Below, piece by piece: positions 46,239-56,353 of a stretch of DNA of 64,000 nt (positions within the stretch are counted from its first letter, which is position 1; every line of letters begins with the position of its first letter). The position numbers and the translations under genes were made by a program. The notes under the pieces are model-generated. The model was not told the origin of the DNA, ran no database searches, and worked only from the letters and a program-made list of their open reading frames with translations. This stretch comes from Casimicrobiaceae bacterium. GTDB taxonomy: Bacteria; Pseudomonadota; Gammaproteobacteria; Burkholderiales; Casimicrobiaceae. Location of the stretch: NCBI GenBank assembly GCA_035455705.1, contig DATIEN010000094.1, positions 188 to 64,187 on the forward strand. Reading direction: 5' to 3'.

Positions 46239-46371
46239 CGCAACCTCCTCTTCCAGGGACCGACCGCACAACGGCCGATCAGGCGAGGTTCGTGCGCGGC
46301 CAGCGGTTACGGCAGCGGCTTTTGGCCGCGGCGTAGGGGACGTCAAGCATAACGCGCGCCGGCGACTTGGG

Positions 46372-47013
46372 CTAGCTGCATCGCACAAACCCCGGTTCGC
46401 CGCCGACGCCGCAAAAGCGGAGGATCACGTCGATTTGGCGGTCGAAACCCGCGAAACCGTGATCGCCGCCTCCCTCGACCGACTGCCACGCGGCGGCGTA
46501 AAACCCCACGGCCTCGCGATAGTCGAGAACCTCGTCTCCGGACTGGACCAGAAGCAGGTAGCGGTCGGGCCGCGTGATCGACGCGATGCGGAGCGCCCGC
46601 AGTTCGTCGAAGTGGCGGTCCGTCACCTCGAACCGGGCGCCGGTGTGGAGATTGGTCTGCGCGCCGCGGTACGGCGCAAGGTCGTCGAACGGACGAACCG
46701 CCGGATTGATGACGACGGCCCGCGCGCCTGACCTCTCGGCGGCGTACGTCGCATAGTACCCGCCCAGCGAGCTACCGACGAAAGTGAGCGCTTCCTCGCG
46801 GGTGTCGCGCGCAAGTGCGAGGATAGACGCCATCGCCTTTGCCGGCCCGTCGTCGAGCGCCGGAACGTGCAGTTGCGGTCGGCCGGCGAGCGGCAGATCG
46901 TCGATTGCAGCACGCAGCCGCCGGGCCTTCACGCTGGCCGGGGACGAGCGGAAGCCGTGCAGGTAGACGATCGTGGTCAACGGCAGGAAGCGTGCTCGCC
47001 CCGGTTCCCTCAC
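46372..47013 (-). CDS. yqiA: YqiA family esterase
   Basis: YLHGFRSSP, GSSLGG, GDEVLD, GGDH. Confidence 0.92.
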   Translation of the reverse strand: MREPGRARFLPLTTIVYLHGFRSSPASVKARRLRAAIDDLPLAGRPQLHVPALDDGPAKAMASILALARDTREEALTFVGSSLGGYYATYAAERSGARAVVINPAVRPFDDLAPYRGAQTNLHTGARFEVTDRHFDELRALRIASITRPDRYLLLVQSGDEVLDYREAVGFYAAAWQSVEGGGDHGFAGFDRQIDVILRFCGVGGEPGFVRCS

Positions 47014-48383
47014 GCTGCCACGCGCGCTGCGAGGGCCTCCAGCAGGCGCGCGTGGACGCCGCCGAAGCCGCCGTTGCTCATGACGAGCACCCGGTCGCCG
47101 CTTCGCGCGTCGCGCGCGACGGCGGCCACGAGCGCCTCGAGATCGTCGTGCACCTCGGCCCGCATCCCGAGGGGCGCGAGCGCCGACTTTGCGTCCCAGC
47201 CAAGGTTCGCCGCATAGCAGTAGACGCGCTCGGCGTGCGCCAGGCTAGCGGGGAGCGCCGCCTTCATCGTGCCGAGCTTCATCGTGTTGGAGCGCGGTTC
47301 GACCACTGCGAGGATGCGGGCACCGGGCTCGCGCATGCGCAACCCCTCGATCGTCGTCGCGATCGCCGTCGGATGATGGGCGAAGTCGTCGTAGACCGCG
47401 ACGCCCGCCACTTCGCCGCGCAGTTCCATTCGGCGGCGGACGCCGCGAAACGCGCGCAACGCCGCCAGCGCCTGTGCCGGCAGCACGCCGGCCCGGCGAG
47501 CTGCGGCGATCGCCGCGAGCGCATTGAGGCGGTTGTGGCGCCCCGGTTGCGGGAGGTCGAGCGTGCCGACCGACTCGCCACGAAACGCGACGGCTCCCTC
47601 ACCCCCAATCGTCCATTCCGGGGCAACCGGTGCCTGCGACGGCGCCTCGTCGAACCGTTCGATCTCGCTCCACGCACCGCGGGCGAGGACGCGCGCGAGC
47701 GCCTCGTCGGCGCCGTTCGCCACGATGCATCCGTCGCCCGGGAGAGTACGCACGAAGTGATGGAATTGCGTCTCGATCGCCGCGAGATCGGCGAAGATGT
47801 CGGCATGATCGAACTCGAGGTTGTTCAGGATCGCCGTCCGCGGCCGGTAGTGAACGAACTTGGATCGCTTGTCGAAGAAGGCCGTGTCGTACTCGTCGGC
47901 CTCGATCACGAAGAACGCGCTGTCCGTCAGGCGCGCGGAGAAGCCGAAGTCCACCGGCACGCCGCCGATCAGAAACGACGGTTCGAGCCCCGCGCGTTCC
48001 AGGATCTGGGCGAGCATCGACGACGTCGTCGTCTTGCCGTGCGTGCCGGCCACGGCGAGCACGAACCGGTCGCGCAGCACGTTCTCGTAGAGCCACTGCG
48101 GCCCCGAGACGTACGATCGATTGGCGTTCATCACCGCTTCCATCAGCGGATTGCCGCGCGAGACGACATTGCCGACGACGAACACATCGGCGGACTTCGC
48201 AACGCCGTCGAGCTGGCTCGCGTCGTAACCCTCGGTGAGCGCAATGCCGAGGGCGGCGAGCTGCGTCGACATCGGCGGGTAGACGTTCGCGTCGCAACCG
48301 GTGACCGTGTGGCCGCCGCGACGCGCGATCGCCGCGATGCCGCCCATGAACGTGCCGCAGATGCCGAGGATGTGCAGGTGCAT
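47010..48383 (-). CDS. mpl: Murein peptide ligase
   Basis: HILGICGTFMGG, GTHGKTTT, EADEYD, DDFAHHPTA, MSNGGFGG. Confidence 0.97.
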   Translation of the reverse strand: MHLHILGICGTFMGGIAAIARRGGHTVTGCDANVYPPMSTQLAALGIALTEGYDASQLDGVAKSADVFVVGNVVSRGNPLMEAVMNANRSYVSGPQWLYENVLRDRFVLAVAGTHGKTTTSSMLAQILERAGLEPSFLIGGVPVDFGFSARLTDSAFFVIEADEYDTAFFDKRSKFVHYRPRTAILNNLEFDHADIFADLAAIETQFHHFVRTLPGDGCIVANGADEALARVLARGAWSEIERFDEAPSQAPVAPEWTIGGEGAVAFRGESVGTLDLPQPGRHNRLNALAAIAAARRAGVLPAQALAALRAFRGVRRRMELRGEVAGVAVYDDFAHHPTAIATTIEGLRMREPGARILAVVEPRSNTMKLGTMKAALPASLAHAERVYCYAANLGWDAKSALAPLGMRAEVHDDLEALVAAVARDARSGDRVLVMSNGGFGGVHARLLEALAARVAA

Positions 48384-48407
48384 TGGCCGCGGGAAGGCTG
48401 GCGGCGA

Positions 48408-48770
48408 TCAGCCGCGAAAGATGAAGTAGACGGCGCCGAGCATGCAGAGGCCCGCCCACACGTAATCGAGCTTCAGCTGCGCGCCCATGAAGAACATCGC
48501 GAAGGGCACGAACACCGTGAGCGTGATCACCTCCTGCATGATCTTGAGCTGCGCGAGCGAAAGCGTCTCGTAGCCTATGCGGTTCGCCGGGACCTGCAGC
48601 AGATACTCGAAGAGCGCCACGCCCCACGAGATCAGCGCCGCGACCCACCACGCACGATGGTCGAGCAGCTTCAGGTGCCCGTACCAGGCGAAGGTCATGA
48701 ACAGGTTAGAGCAGCACAGAAGCGCCGCGCAGATGGCGGCGGGATGAAGGACGAGCGACGCGGGATTCAT
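48408..48770 (-). CDS. Small DMT family membrane protein (DUF486-like)
   Basis: SNLFMTFAWYGHL, FEYLLQVPANRIG, LKIMQEVITL. Confidence 0.9.
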   Translation of the reverse strand: MNPASLVLHPAAICAALLCCSNLFMTFAWYGHLKLLDHRAWWVAALISWGVALFEYLLQVPANRIGYETLSLAQLKIMQEVITLTVFVPFAMFFMGAQLKLDYVWAGLCMLGAVYFIFRG

Positions 48771-48899
48771 GCGCAAGGGGCGGCCGGGACCGTTGAACAC
48801 GCGATCGGGAAGAAGCCGCATTATCGCCCATGACATCGGCATGTTCCTTGCGGAAGACCCTTCGTCATCGGTGGGAGAGCCGAGGCCCTAGGCACGTAC

Positions 48900-51386
48900 A
48901 TGCCGGACGATCGCTCGACGCTGCGCGTCATCGCAAACGCGTTTCGCTGGCTGCTGCGGGCCGGCGTCGCACGGCGCCTCGCGATGCGGCTTCGCGTGCG
49001 CCGCCGCTCACGTTGGGGTTCGTCGATCGGCGTGCGGCTCGCGCTGCTCGTGCTCGCGCTCGGGCTGCCGTTCATCGTCTATGTCGGCGTCAGCACGGCA
49101 CGCCAGGCGGCGGTCGCGAACGCGTTCGCGAAGCAGCGCGCGCTCGCCGTCGCGCGCGCGGTTGCCGGTCGCGTCGATGATCTTGTAGCCGACAATCTCG
49201 CGGCGCTTGCGCTGTTGCGCCATGGCGTCACGGCCGACGCCGCGGCGAGCGCCTCGAACGAGGCGTTCCTCGCGAGCATGCGCACCGATCTGCCTCGTCT
49301 CGTTCACAACGTCGGCGTGTGGACTCTCGACGGCCGGAGCGCCGGCGTGCTCAATCGCGCCGCGACGCCGCGCGCGCCGGTCGCCGGCCGCGCCTACTTT
49401 CGCGCGGCGGCCCAGGGATCGGCTGCGGTGATCGAAGGCCCGATCGCCGCGGAAGACGACGGCACTCCCGTCGTCGTGTTCGCCTCGGCGATCGTCGGGG
49501 CAGCGGGCGAGGTGGAAGGCGTCGTCACGCTCGAAACCGATCTTAGGCAGGTCGAAGGCCGCCTCGATCTCGATGGCGCGATACCGCGCGAAACCGTGAT
49601 CGCCATCGTCAATGCGGAGGGCATCGTGCTGGCGAGAAGCGTCGATTCCGCGCGCTGGATCGGCAGGAGCGTGCTCGGCGTCGGCAGGGCGCGCGAGCAC
49701 ATGGCGCAACGCGAGGGCGTCGACGAGACGTCCGGCGGCGATGGCGTGGCGCGCATCGCCGGCTTCACCCAGACGCGGCGGACGCGCTGGCACGTTTTCG
49801 TCGGCATGCCGGCGGACGCGGTGCTCTCCGCGGCGCGGGTCAACGTGCTCGACACGGTCGCGTTCGGCGGACTGTCGCTGCTTCTGGGGGCGCTCGTCTC
49901 GGCATGGCTCGGCGCGCGGATCGCGCGGCCGCTGCGCCGGCTCGCGTACGATGCGACGCTGCTCGCCCGCGGCAACCTGTCGCACCGCACGGAGGTCGCC
50001 GGCGACGATGAGACCGGCGTCCTCGCGAGCACGCTCAACCGGCTCGCGCAAACGGTCGAGGAGCGCACGCGCGCGCTGCAGGAGAAGACCGCGGCGCTCG
50101 AGGACAAGACGGCGGCGCTCGAGCGCAGCAGCGCGGATCTCGTCGAATCGGAAAGACGGATGCGGATGATTGCCGACAACCTGCCGCCGCTGATCGCGTA
50201 CCTGTCCGCGGACGAGCGCTACCGGTTCGTCAATGCCCGCTGCGAGCAGATATTCGGCCTTTCGCCCTCGCAGATGATCGGCCGCACCGTGCAGGAACTG
50301 ATTTCCCCCGAGGGCTACGCGCAGTCGAAGCCGCACCTCGACCGCGTGCGGGCCGGCTCGCGCGCGCGATTCCAGCGCGTCGTCGTCCGCAACGGCCGTA
50401 CGTGCCACGAACTGGTCGAGCTCATTCCCGATCGGGACGATGCCGGCAGCGTCCAGGGATTCTATGCGCTCGTGCAGGACATCAGCGATCTCCGCGAAGC
50501 GCAGGAGAAGGCGGAGCAAAGCGAGCAGCGCCTGCGCAGCATCACGGACAGCATTCCGTCGATGGTCGGTTACATCGATCGCGAGCGCCGATACCGATTC
50601 AACAACCGCTACTACGAGACGTGGCTTTCGCGGCCGCTCGCGGAGATCACCGGCCGCCGCGTCGACGACGTGCTCGGTCCCGCCGCCTACGCGAACGTGG
50701 CGCCGAACCTCGATCGCGCGTTTCGCGGCGAGCGCGTCGACTTCGACGTCGAGGTGCCAGGACCGGCCGGCTCGCGCTTCGTGCGCGGCAGCTACATCCC
50801 GCATCTCGACGACGGGGGACAGGTGATCGGCGTCTACACGTCGTCGACCGACATCACGCCGCTCAAGGTGGTCGAGCGGCAGCTCGAGCGGCTCGCGCAG
50901 AAGGATACGCTGACCGGCCTTGCGAACCGGCACGCGTTCAACGACGGCATCGTGGCCGCGCTGCGCCGCTCGCAGCGAAGCGGCACCCAGGTGGCGCTGC
51001 TCTTCCTCGACGTCGACGCCTTCAAGAGGATCAACGACACGCTCGGACACGCGGCCGGCGACGAAGTGTTGCGGGAATTCGCGCGGCGCCTCTCGTCATC
51101 GGTGCGCGCGACGGACCTCGTGGCGCGGCTCGCCGGCGACGAGTTCGTGATCGTCCTCGAAGGCATCCATTCGCGCGACGAGTGCCGCTTCGTCGCGCGC
51201 AAGATCATCGCCGCGATGCGCGCGCCGTTCCCGGCCGGCGACGTGACGGTCAAGGTGACGACGAGCATCGGCATTGCGCTCGGCCACGGCGGCGGCACGA
51301 CGGCCGAGGCGCTCCTGAAGCGCGCCGACAGCGCGCTGTATGCGGCGAAGGGCCAGGGCCGCGACAGGTTCGAGATCGCCATCTAG
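48900..51386 (+). CDS. Membrane diguanylate cyclase: Cache-HAMP-PAS-PAS-GGDEF (AGDEF)
   Basis: Two TM helices around a periplasmic domain, HAMP, two PAS repeats, DTLTGLANR, FKRINDTLGH, RATD I-site, RLAGDEF. Confidence 0.92.
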   Translation: MPDDRSTLRVIANAFRWLLRAGVARRLAMRLRVRRRSRWGSSIGVRLALLVLALGLPFIVYVGVSTARQAAVANAFAKQRALAVARAVAGRVDDLVADNLAALALLRHGVTADAAASASNEAFLASMRTDLPRLVHNVGVWTLDGRSAGVLNRAATPRAPVAGRAYFRAAAQGSAAVIEGPIAAEDDGTPVVVFASAIVGAAGEVEGVVTLETDLRQVEGRLDLDGAIPRETVIAIVNAEGIVLARSVDSARWIGRSVLGVGRAREHMAQREGVDETSGGDGVARIAGFTQTRRTRWHVFVGMPADAVLSAARVNVLDTVAFGGLSLLLGALVSAWLGARIARPLRRLAYDATLLARGNLSHRTEVAGDDETGVLASTLNRLAQTVEERTRALQEKTAALEDKTAALERSSADLVESERRMRMIADNLPPLIAYLSADERYRFVNARCEQIFGLSPSQMIGRTVQELISPEGYAQSKPHLDRVRAGSRARFQRVVVRNGRTCHELVELIPDRDDAGSVQGFYALVQDISDLREAQEKAEQSEQRLRSITDSIPSMVGYIDRERRYRFNNRYYETWLSRPLAEITGRRVDDVLGPAAYANVAPNLDRAFRGERVDFDVEVPGPAGSRFVRGSYIPHLDDGGQVIGVYTSSTDITPLKVVERQLERLAQKDTLTGLANRHAFNDGIVAALRRSQRSGTQVALLFLDVDAFKRINDTLGHAAGDEVLREFARRLSSSVRATDLVARLAGDEFVIVLEGIHSRDECRFVARKIIAAMRAPFPAGDVTVKVTTSIGIALGHGGGTTAEALLKRADSALYAAKGQGRDRFEIAI

Positions 51387-51473
51387 TGCGGGTCGGGTAA
51401 GCGTGTCGTCGAGGCGGGAACAGTAAACTGCGGATGTTCCGGGCCCCTTTCGATGCCCGACTTCGGATCCCCG

Positions 51474-52685
51474 ATGCCTGTCGAGTCACACCCGGTACCC
51501 GAAGCCCGCCCGGCCGTCCGCGCCCTCGAAGGCTCCCGGATCCGGGAGATCGCGAACGCCGGCATCGGCGATCCGGACGTGCTCGCGTTCTGGTTCGGCG
51601 AACCCGACCAGGTGACGCCGGCGTTCATCCGCGATGCGGCGACGGCCTCGCTCGCGCGCGGCGAGACGTTCTATTCGCAGAACTTCGGCATCCCGGAATT
51701 GCGCGAGGCGATCGCCGGCTACGTCGGCGCGTTGCACCGGCCGACGATGCAACGCGAGATCGCCGTCACCGCATCGGGCATGTCGGCGCTGATGCTCGCT
51801 GTCGAAGCGCTGGTCGCGCCCGGCGACCGCGTCGTCGTCGTCACACCGCTGTGGCCCAACCTGGTCGAGATCCCGAAGATCCTGTCCGCGGAGGTCCTGC
51901 GCGTCCCGCTTGCGTTCGGCGCGCACGGCTGGTCGCTCGACCTCGATCGCCTGCTCGACGCGCTGACGCCCGGCACGCGCGCGCTGATGCTCAACTCGCC
52001 CAACAATCCGACCGGGTGGACGATCGACCGCGCGGCACAGCAGGCACTGCTCGAGCATTGCGCGCGCCACGGGATCTGGATCGTCGCCGACGACGTCTAC
52101 GAGCGCCTCTGCTACGTCGACGACTTCTCTTGCGCGCCCTCGTTCCTCGACATCGCCGACAACGACGCCCGCGTCGTCAGCACCAACAGCTTCTCGAAGG
52201 CGTGGTCGATGACGGGATGGCGACTTGGCTGGATCGTCGCGCCGCCGGCGCTGATGCCGGATCTCGGCAAGCTGATCGAGTACAACACGTCGTGCTCGCC
52301 GGTGTTCGTTCAGCGCGCCGGCGTCGTCGCGCTGCGCGACGGGGAGCCCACCGTCGATGCCACCCGCGAGCGGCTGCGTCGCGCCCGCGACCGCCTCGTC
52401 GACGGCTTGCGTGCGCTTCCAGGCGTCGACGTCGAACCGCCTGCCGGCGCCATGTACGCGTTCTTCCGCGTCGACGGCATCGGGAACAGCATGGCGTTCT
52501 GCCGCCGGCTCGTCACCGAGGCGAAGCTGGGCCTCGCCCCCGGCCGCGCGTTCGGGCCCGAAGGCGAGGGTTTCCTGCGCTGGTGCTTCGCGGCGAGCGA
52601 CGCGCGGCTCGACGAGGGCGTCGCGCGGTTTTCGCACTTCCTCGCGTCGAAAATCGGTTTCCGACGCGCGGAAACGCGTTCCTGA
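51474..52685 (+). CDS. Class I/II PLP aminotransferase
   Basis: GEPD, NSPNNPTG, DDVY, SFSKAWSMTGWRLG; start 51453 or 51474. Confidence 0.93.
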   Translation: MPVESHPVPEARPAVRALEGSRIREIANAGIGDPDVLAFWFGEPDQVTPAFIRDAATASLARGETFYSQNFGIPELREAIAGYVGALHRPTMQREIAVTASGMSALMLAVEALVAPGDRVVVVTPLWPNLVEIPKILSAEVLRVPLAFGAHGWSLDLDRLLDALTPGTRALMLNSPNNPTGWTIDRAAQQALLEHCARHGIWIVADDVYERLCYVDDFSCAPSFLDIADNDARVVSTNSFSKAWSMTGWRLGWIVAPPALMPDLGKLIEYNTSCSPVFVQRAGVVALRDGEPTVDATRERLRRARDRLVDGLRALPGVDVEPPAGAMYAFFRVDGIGNSMAFCRRLVTEAKLGLAPGRAFGPEGEGFLRWCFAASDARLDEGVARFSHFLASKIGFRRAETRS

Positions 52686-52694
52686 GGTCGCTTC

Positions 52695-54479
52695 GTGTCG
52701 GCGACCACGATGAACCGGCGCTTGGCCATCGCGATCTGCAGCTGCGCGCTCGCTTGCGGCGTGCAGGCGGCCGACATGCGCAAGACGCTGCATGTCGCCT
52801 TTCCCGTGGCCGAGGGTGGATTCGACCCGCAGGCGATCAACGACACCTATTCCGACGCGCTCTGCACGGCGATCTTCGATCCGCTCTATCGCTACGACTA
52901 TTTCGCACGGCCGGTCGCGCTCGAGCCGAACACCGCCGACGGCCTGCCCGAGATCACCGACGGCGGCCGCACGTACACGATCAAGGTCCGGCGTGGCATC
53001 TACTTCGCAGCCGATGCCGCGTTCGACGGCAAGCGACGCGAGCTCACGGCCGAGGACTACGTCTACAGCATCAAGCGCGTGCTCGACCCGAAGGTGCGCT
53101 CGTACTGGCTATACCTGTTCGAGGGCAGCCTGGTCGGTCTCGACGAGCCGCTCGCGCGGGCGCGCAAGAGCGGCCGTTTCGATTACGACGAGCCGATCGA
53201 GGGCCTGCAGGCGCTCGACCGCTACACGCTGCGGCTCCGCTTCCGCGAGCCCGACTACGGCTTCAAGTGGTGGCTCACGACGTCGAGCTTCGCCGCCGTC
53301 GCACGCGAGGTCGTCGAGCGCTACCAGGACGCGTCACATCGGGTGATGGAACATCCGGTGGGCACCGGTCCCTATCGCCTCAAGTCGTGGACGCGCGGCC
53401 AGCGAATCCAGCTCGACGCCAATCCGGATTTCCGCGACGAGCGCTATCCGGCGCCCGCTACGGCGGACGCGAACGACGCGGCGATCGCGAAGGGACTTGC
53501 CGGACGAAGTCTGCCGCTCGTCGGCAACGTCGACGTCGCCGTCGTCGAGGAGGCGCAGCCGCGGATGCTGTCGTTCGATCGCGGCCAGCTCGACTACGTG
53601 AGCGTGCCCGCGTCGCTGTCGGCGACGGTTCTCGACGGCGACCGGCTCCGACCCGCGCTCGCGAAGCGCGGCGTCGTGCTGCACCGGTCACCGGAACCGT
53701 CGTTGGGATTCTTCTTCTTCAACATGGACGATCCCGTCGTCGGGGGTTACGAGCCCGCGAAGCTCGCGCTGCGCCGCGCGATCGCGATGGGCTACGACCG
53801 GCCGGCCGATATCCGGGAGCTCTCAAACGGCCAGGCGATGCCAGCCGATCAGCCGGTTCCGCCGGGCCTCTTCGGGCACGACCCGTCGATCGGCATCGCG
53901 CTCGCACACGACGCCGCGGCCGCACGGGCGCTGCTCGAGCGCTTCGGCTATCGGGACCGCGACGGCGACGGCTATCGCGAAACGCCGGACGGCAGGACGC
54001 TTACGATCGTCAAGGGCTCGACGACCGATGCTGCCGCACGCGCGAGCGACGAGCTCTGGAAGCGCAGCATGGACGCGATCGGCATCCGGATCACCTTCTT
54101 GAAGAACAAGTGGCCCGAGCTCAACAAGATGACCGAGGCGGGCCAGATGATGATGTGGGGCCTGGGCTGGATCAGCGGCGTTCCCGACGGCGCCGCCTTC
54201 TACAGCTACCTCGTGAGCCGTAACATCGGCACGTCGAACGACGCGCGCCTGCGCCTGCCCGAATACGATCGCCTCTACGACCGCGCGCGGGTCCTGCCCG
54301 ATGGCGCCGAGCGCAACGCGATCTTTCGCAAGATGAACGAACTGATCGCGGCCTACGCCCCGTGGATCGTCGCCGACTACCCGTATCGCAACGATCTCGC
54401 GCAGCCGTGGCTCCGCGGATTTAAGCCGAATCCGTTCCAGCGCGCACAGTGGGCCTACTACGACGTCGACGCGCACTGA
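52695..54479 (+). CDS. Stand-alone family 5 (Opp/Dpp-like) substrate-binding protein
   Basis: Signal peptide, FDPQ, TAEDYVYSIKR, PVGTGPY, LRRAIA; no adjacent permease or ATPase. Confidence 0.88.
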   Translation: MSATTMNRRLAIAICSCALACGVQAADMRKTLHVAFPVAEGGFDPQAINDTYSDALCTAIFDPLYRYDYFARPVALEPNTADGLPEITDGGRTYTIKVRRGIYFAADAAFDGKRRELTAEDYVYSIKRVLDPKVRSYWLYLFEGSLVGLDEPLARARKSGRFDYDEPIEGLQALDRYTLRLRFREPDYGFKWWLTTSSFAAVAREVVERYQDASHRVMEHPVGTGPYRLKSWTRGQRIQLDANPDFRDERYPAPATADANDAAIAKGLAGRSLPLVGNVDVAVVEEAQPRMLSFDRGQLDYVSVPASLSATVLDGDRLRPALAKRGVVLHRSPEPSLGFFFFNMDDPVVGGYEPAKLALRRAIAMGYDRPADIRELSNGQAMPADQPVPPGLFGHDPSIGIALAHDAAAARALLERFGYRDRDGDGYRETPDGRTLTIVKGSTTDAAARASDELWKRSMDAIGIRITFLKNKWPELNKMTEAGQMMMWGLGWISGVPDGAAFYSYLVSRNIGTSNDARLRLPEYDRLYDRARVLPDGAERNAIFRKMNELIAAYAPWIVADYPYRNDLAQPWLRGFKPNPFQRAQWAYYDVDAH

Positions 54480-54623
54480 CGCGCCCGCGTCCGGCGCCTG
54501 TCGGCAAATGGCGGACGCGCGTGCGCGACGGGCGCCGATAGCGGCGTGCGCGGGCACGTCGCTACGCTTCTCGAACGATGCGGACGCGAATCGAGCGCGC
54601 CCGCCAACATCGCGGAGACGCCG

Positions 54624-55757
54624 ATGCCGAAATGGAAATCGCTTTGGTCGCTGACCCGGGAATCGGTCAAGCAGTGGTCCGACGACTACGCGCCGAGCAT
54701 GGGCGCGGCGCTCTCCTACTACACGATCTTCTCGATCGCGCCGCTGCTCGTCATCGTGATCGCCGTCGCGGGCTTCTTCTTCGGCGAGAAGGCCGCGAGC
54801 GGACAGATCTTCGGCCAATTGCAGGGACTCGTCGGCGAGCGCGGGGCGAGCGCGATCCAGGCGGCGGTCTCGAGCGCCAGCCAGTCGGGGCACGGGCTCT
54901 TCGCGGCGATCGTCGGCGTCGTCACGCTGCTGCTCGGTGCGACGACCGTCTTCAACGAGTTGCAGACGGACCTCGACCGGATCTGGGATACGCCGAAGCC
55001 CGAGCATACCGGCCTGTGGGGCATGATCCGCAGCAAGCTGCTGTCGTTCGGCGTCGTCCTCGGCATCGGCTTCCTGCTGCTCGTATCGCTCGTGCTGTCC
55101 GCTGGCATCTCGGCACTCGGCAAGTTCTGGAGCGGCTGGTTTCCCGGGTGGGAAATCGTGTTGCAGGCGATCAATTTCATCGTGGGCTTCGCCGTCGTCA
55201 CCGGGCTTTTCGCGTTGATCTACAAGCTGCTGCCGCGCTGCGACATCGGCTGGCACGACGTCTGGATCGGCGCGGCGGTCACGTCGCTGCTGTTCTCGAT
55301 CGGCAAGTTGCTGATCGGCCTCTACCTCGGACGCAGCAGCGTCGCGTCGAGCTTCGGCGCCGCCGGCTCGCTCGTCATCGTGCTGCTGTGGGTCTATTAC
55401 TCGGCGCAGATCTTCCTGCTCGGCGCCGAATTCACGCGAACGTACTCGTACCGCCACGGCTCGCGGAGCGGAAAGCCGATGCCGGCAAAGGCGGGCAAGC
55501 CGGCGCAAGCGCAGCAGGGCGCGGCGAGCCGCGCCGCAAACGCCCGGCCCGCGGCAATGGCCGCGCCGGCCGCCGCGTTCGCGAACCAGGAGCGTGCGCC
55601 GGACGCCGCGGCAGCGGCGACGGGTCTGCCGAGGCCGCGCGAACCGGCATGGGGGAAGCTGCGCCTCGCCGCCAGCGTTGCGGCTGCCGCAGGGCTCGTC
55701 GCCGGCGAAGTGCTGAACGAACTCCGGCGCGCACGCCGATCGCCACGACGCGCGTAA
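54624..55757 (+). CDS. YihY/BrkB family membrane protein with C-terminal extension
   Basis: GAALSYYTIFSIAP, FGAAGSL..LLWVYYSAQIFLLGAE. Confidence 0.93.
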   Translation: MPKWKSLWSLTRESVKQWSDDYAPSMGAALSYYTIFSIAPLLVIVIAVAGFFFGEKAASGQIFGQLQGLVGERGASAIQAAVSSASQSGHGLFAAIVGVVTLLLGATTVFNELQTDLDRIWDTPKPEHTGLWGMIRSKLLSFGVVLGIGFLLLVSLVLSAGISALGKFWSGWFPGWEIVLQAINFIVGFAVVTGLFALIYKLLPRCDIGWHDVWIGAAVTSLLFSIGKLLIGLYLGRSSVASSFGAAGSLVIVLLWVYYSAQIFLLGAEFTRTYSYRHGSRSGKPMPAKAGKPAQAQQGAASRAANARPAAMAAPAAAFANQERAPDAAAAATGLPRPREPAWGKLRLAASVAAAAGLVAGEVLNELRRARRSPRRA

Positions 55758-55786
55758 CCCGGCGCAAGTGTCGTCGGAAGACCGCG

Positions 55787-56269
55787 CTACCTCGAGGGCC
55801 CGGCCGCGGGAGCGCGGTGAATGTCGTCCACCCAGTCGACGTTCTCGGGATTGGGCTCGACGTTCGGGATGTCGAGATTCACGACGACCGGTTCCCGGCC
55901 GCTGCGGCACAGTACGCAGGACAGCGGCTCGTCGTCGCTCGCGTTGATCTCCTGGTGCGGCACGAACGGCGGCACGTAGATGAAATCGCCGGGGCCCGCC
56001 TCCGCGGTGAACTCGAGCCGGTCGCCCCACTTCATTCGCGCCTTGCCGCTCACGACGTAGATCACGCTCTCGACCGGCCCATGATGGTGAGCGCCGGTCT
56101 TCGCCTTCGGATGGATCACGACGGTGCCCGCCCATAGCTTTTCTGCACCCATCCGCGCGTAGTCGACCGCGGCCGCGCGGTTCATGCCCGGCGTCTGCGC
56201 GGTATTCGGGTCGAGCTCGTTCGCCTTGACGACACGCACGCCGTGGTGCCGCCACTTCGGTTCGTTCAT
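55787..56269 (-). CDS. Cupin domain protein
   Basis: TGAHHHGPVESVIY and GDFIYVPPFVPHQE cupin motifs. Confidence 0.9.
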   Translation of the reverse strand: MNEPKWRHHGVRVVKANELDPNTAQTPGMNRAAAVDYARMGAEKLWAGTVVIHPKAKTGAHHHGPVESVIYVVSGKARMKWGDRLEFTAEAGPGDFIYVPPFVPHQEINASDDEPLSCVLCRSGREPVVVNLDIPNVEPNPENVDWVDDIHRAPAAGPSR

Positions 56270-56353
56270 AAGCTTAAGGGCATTCGTTATTTCGCCTCGC
56301 GCACGAGCGTCGCTATCTTGAACATACCACTTGCAAGACGCGAGGTAACCGTC

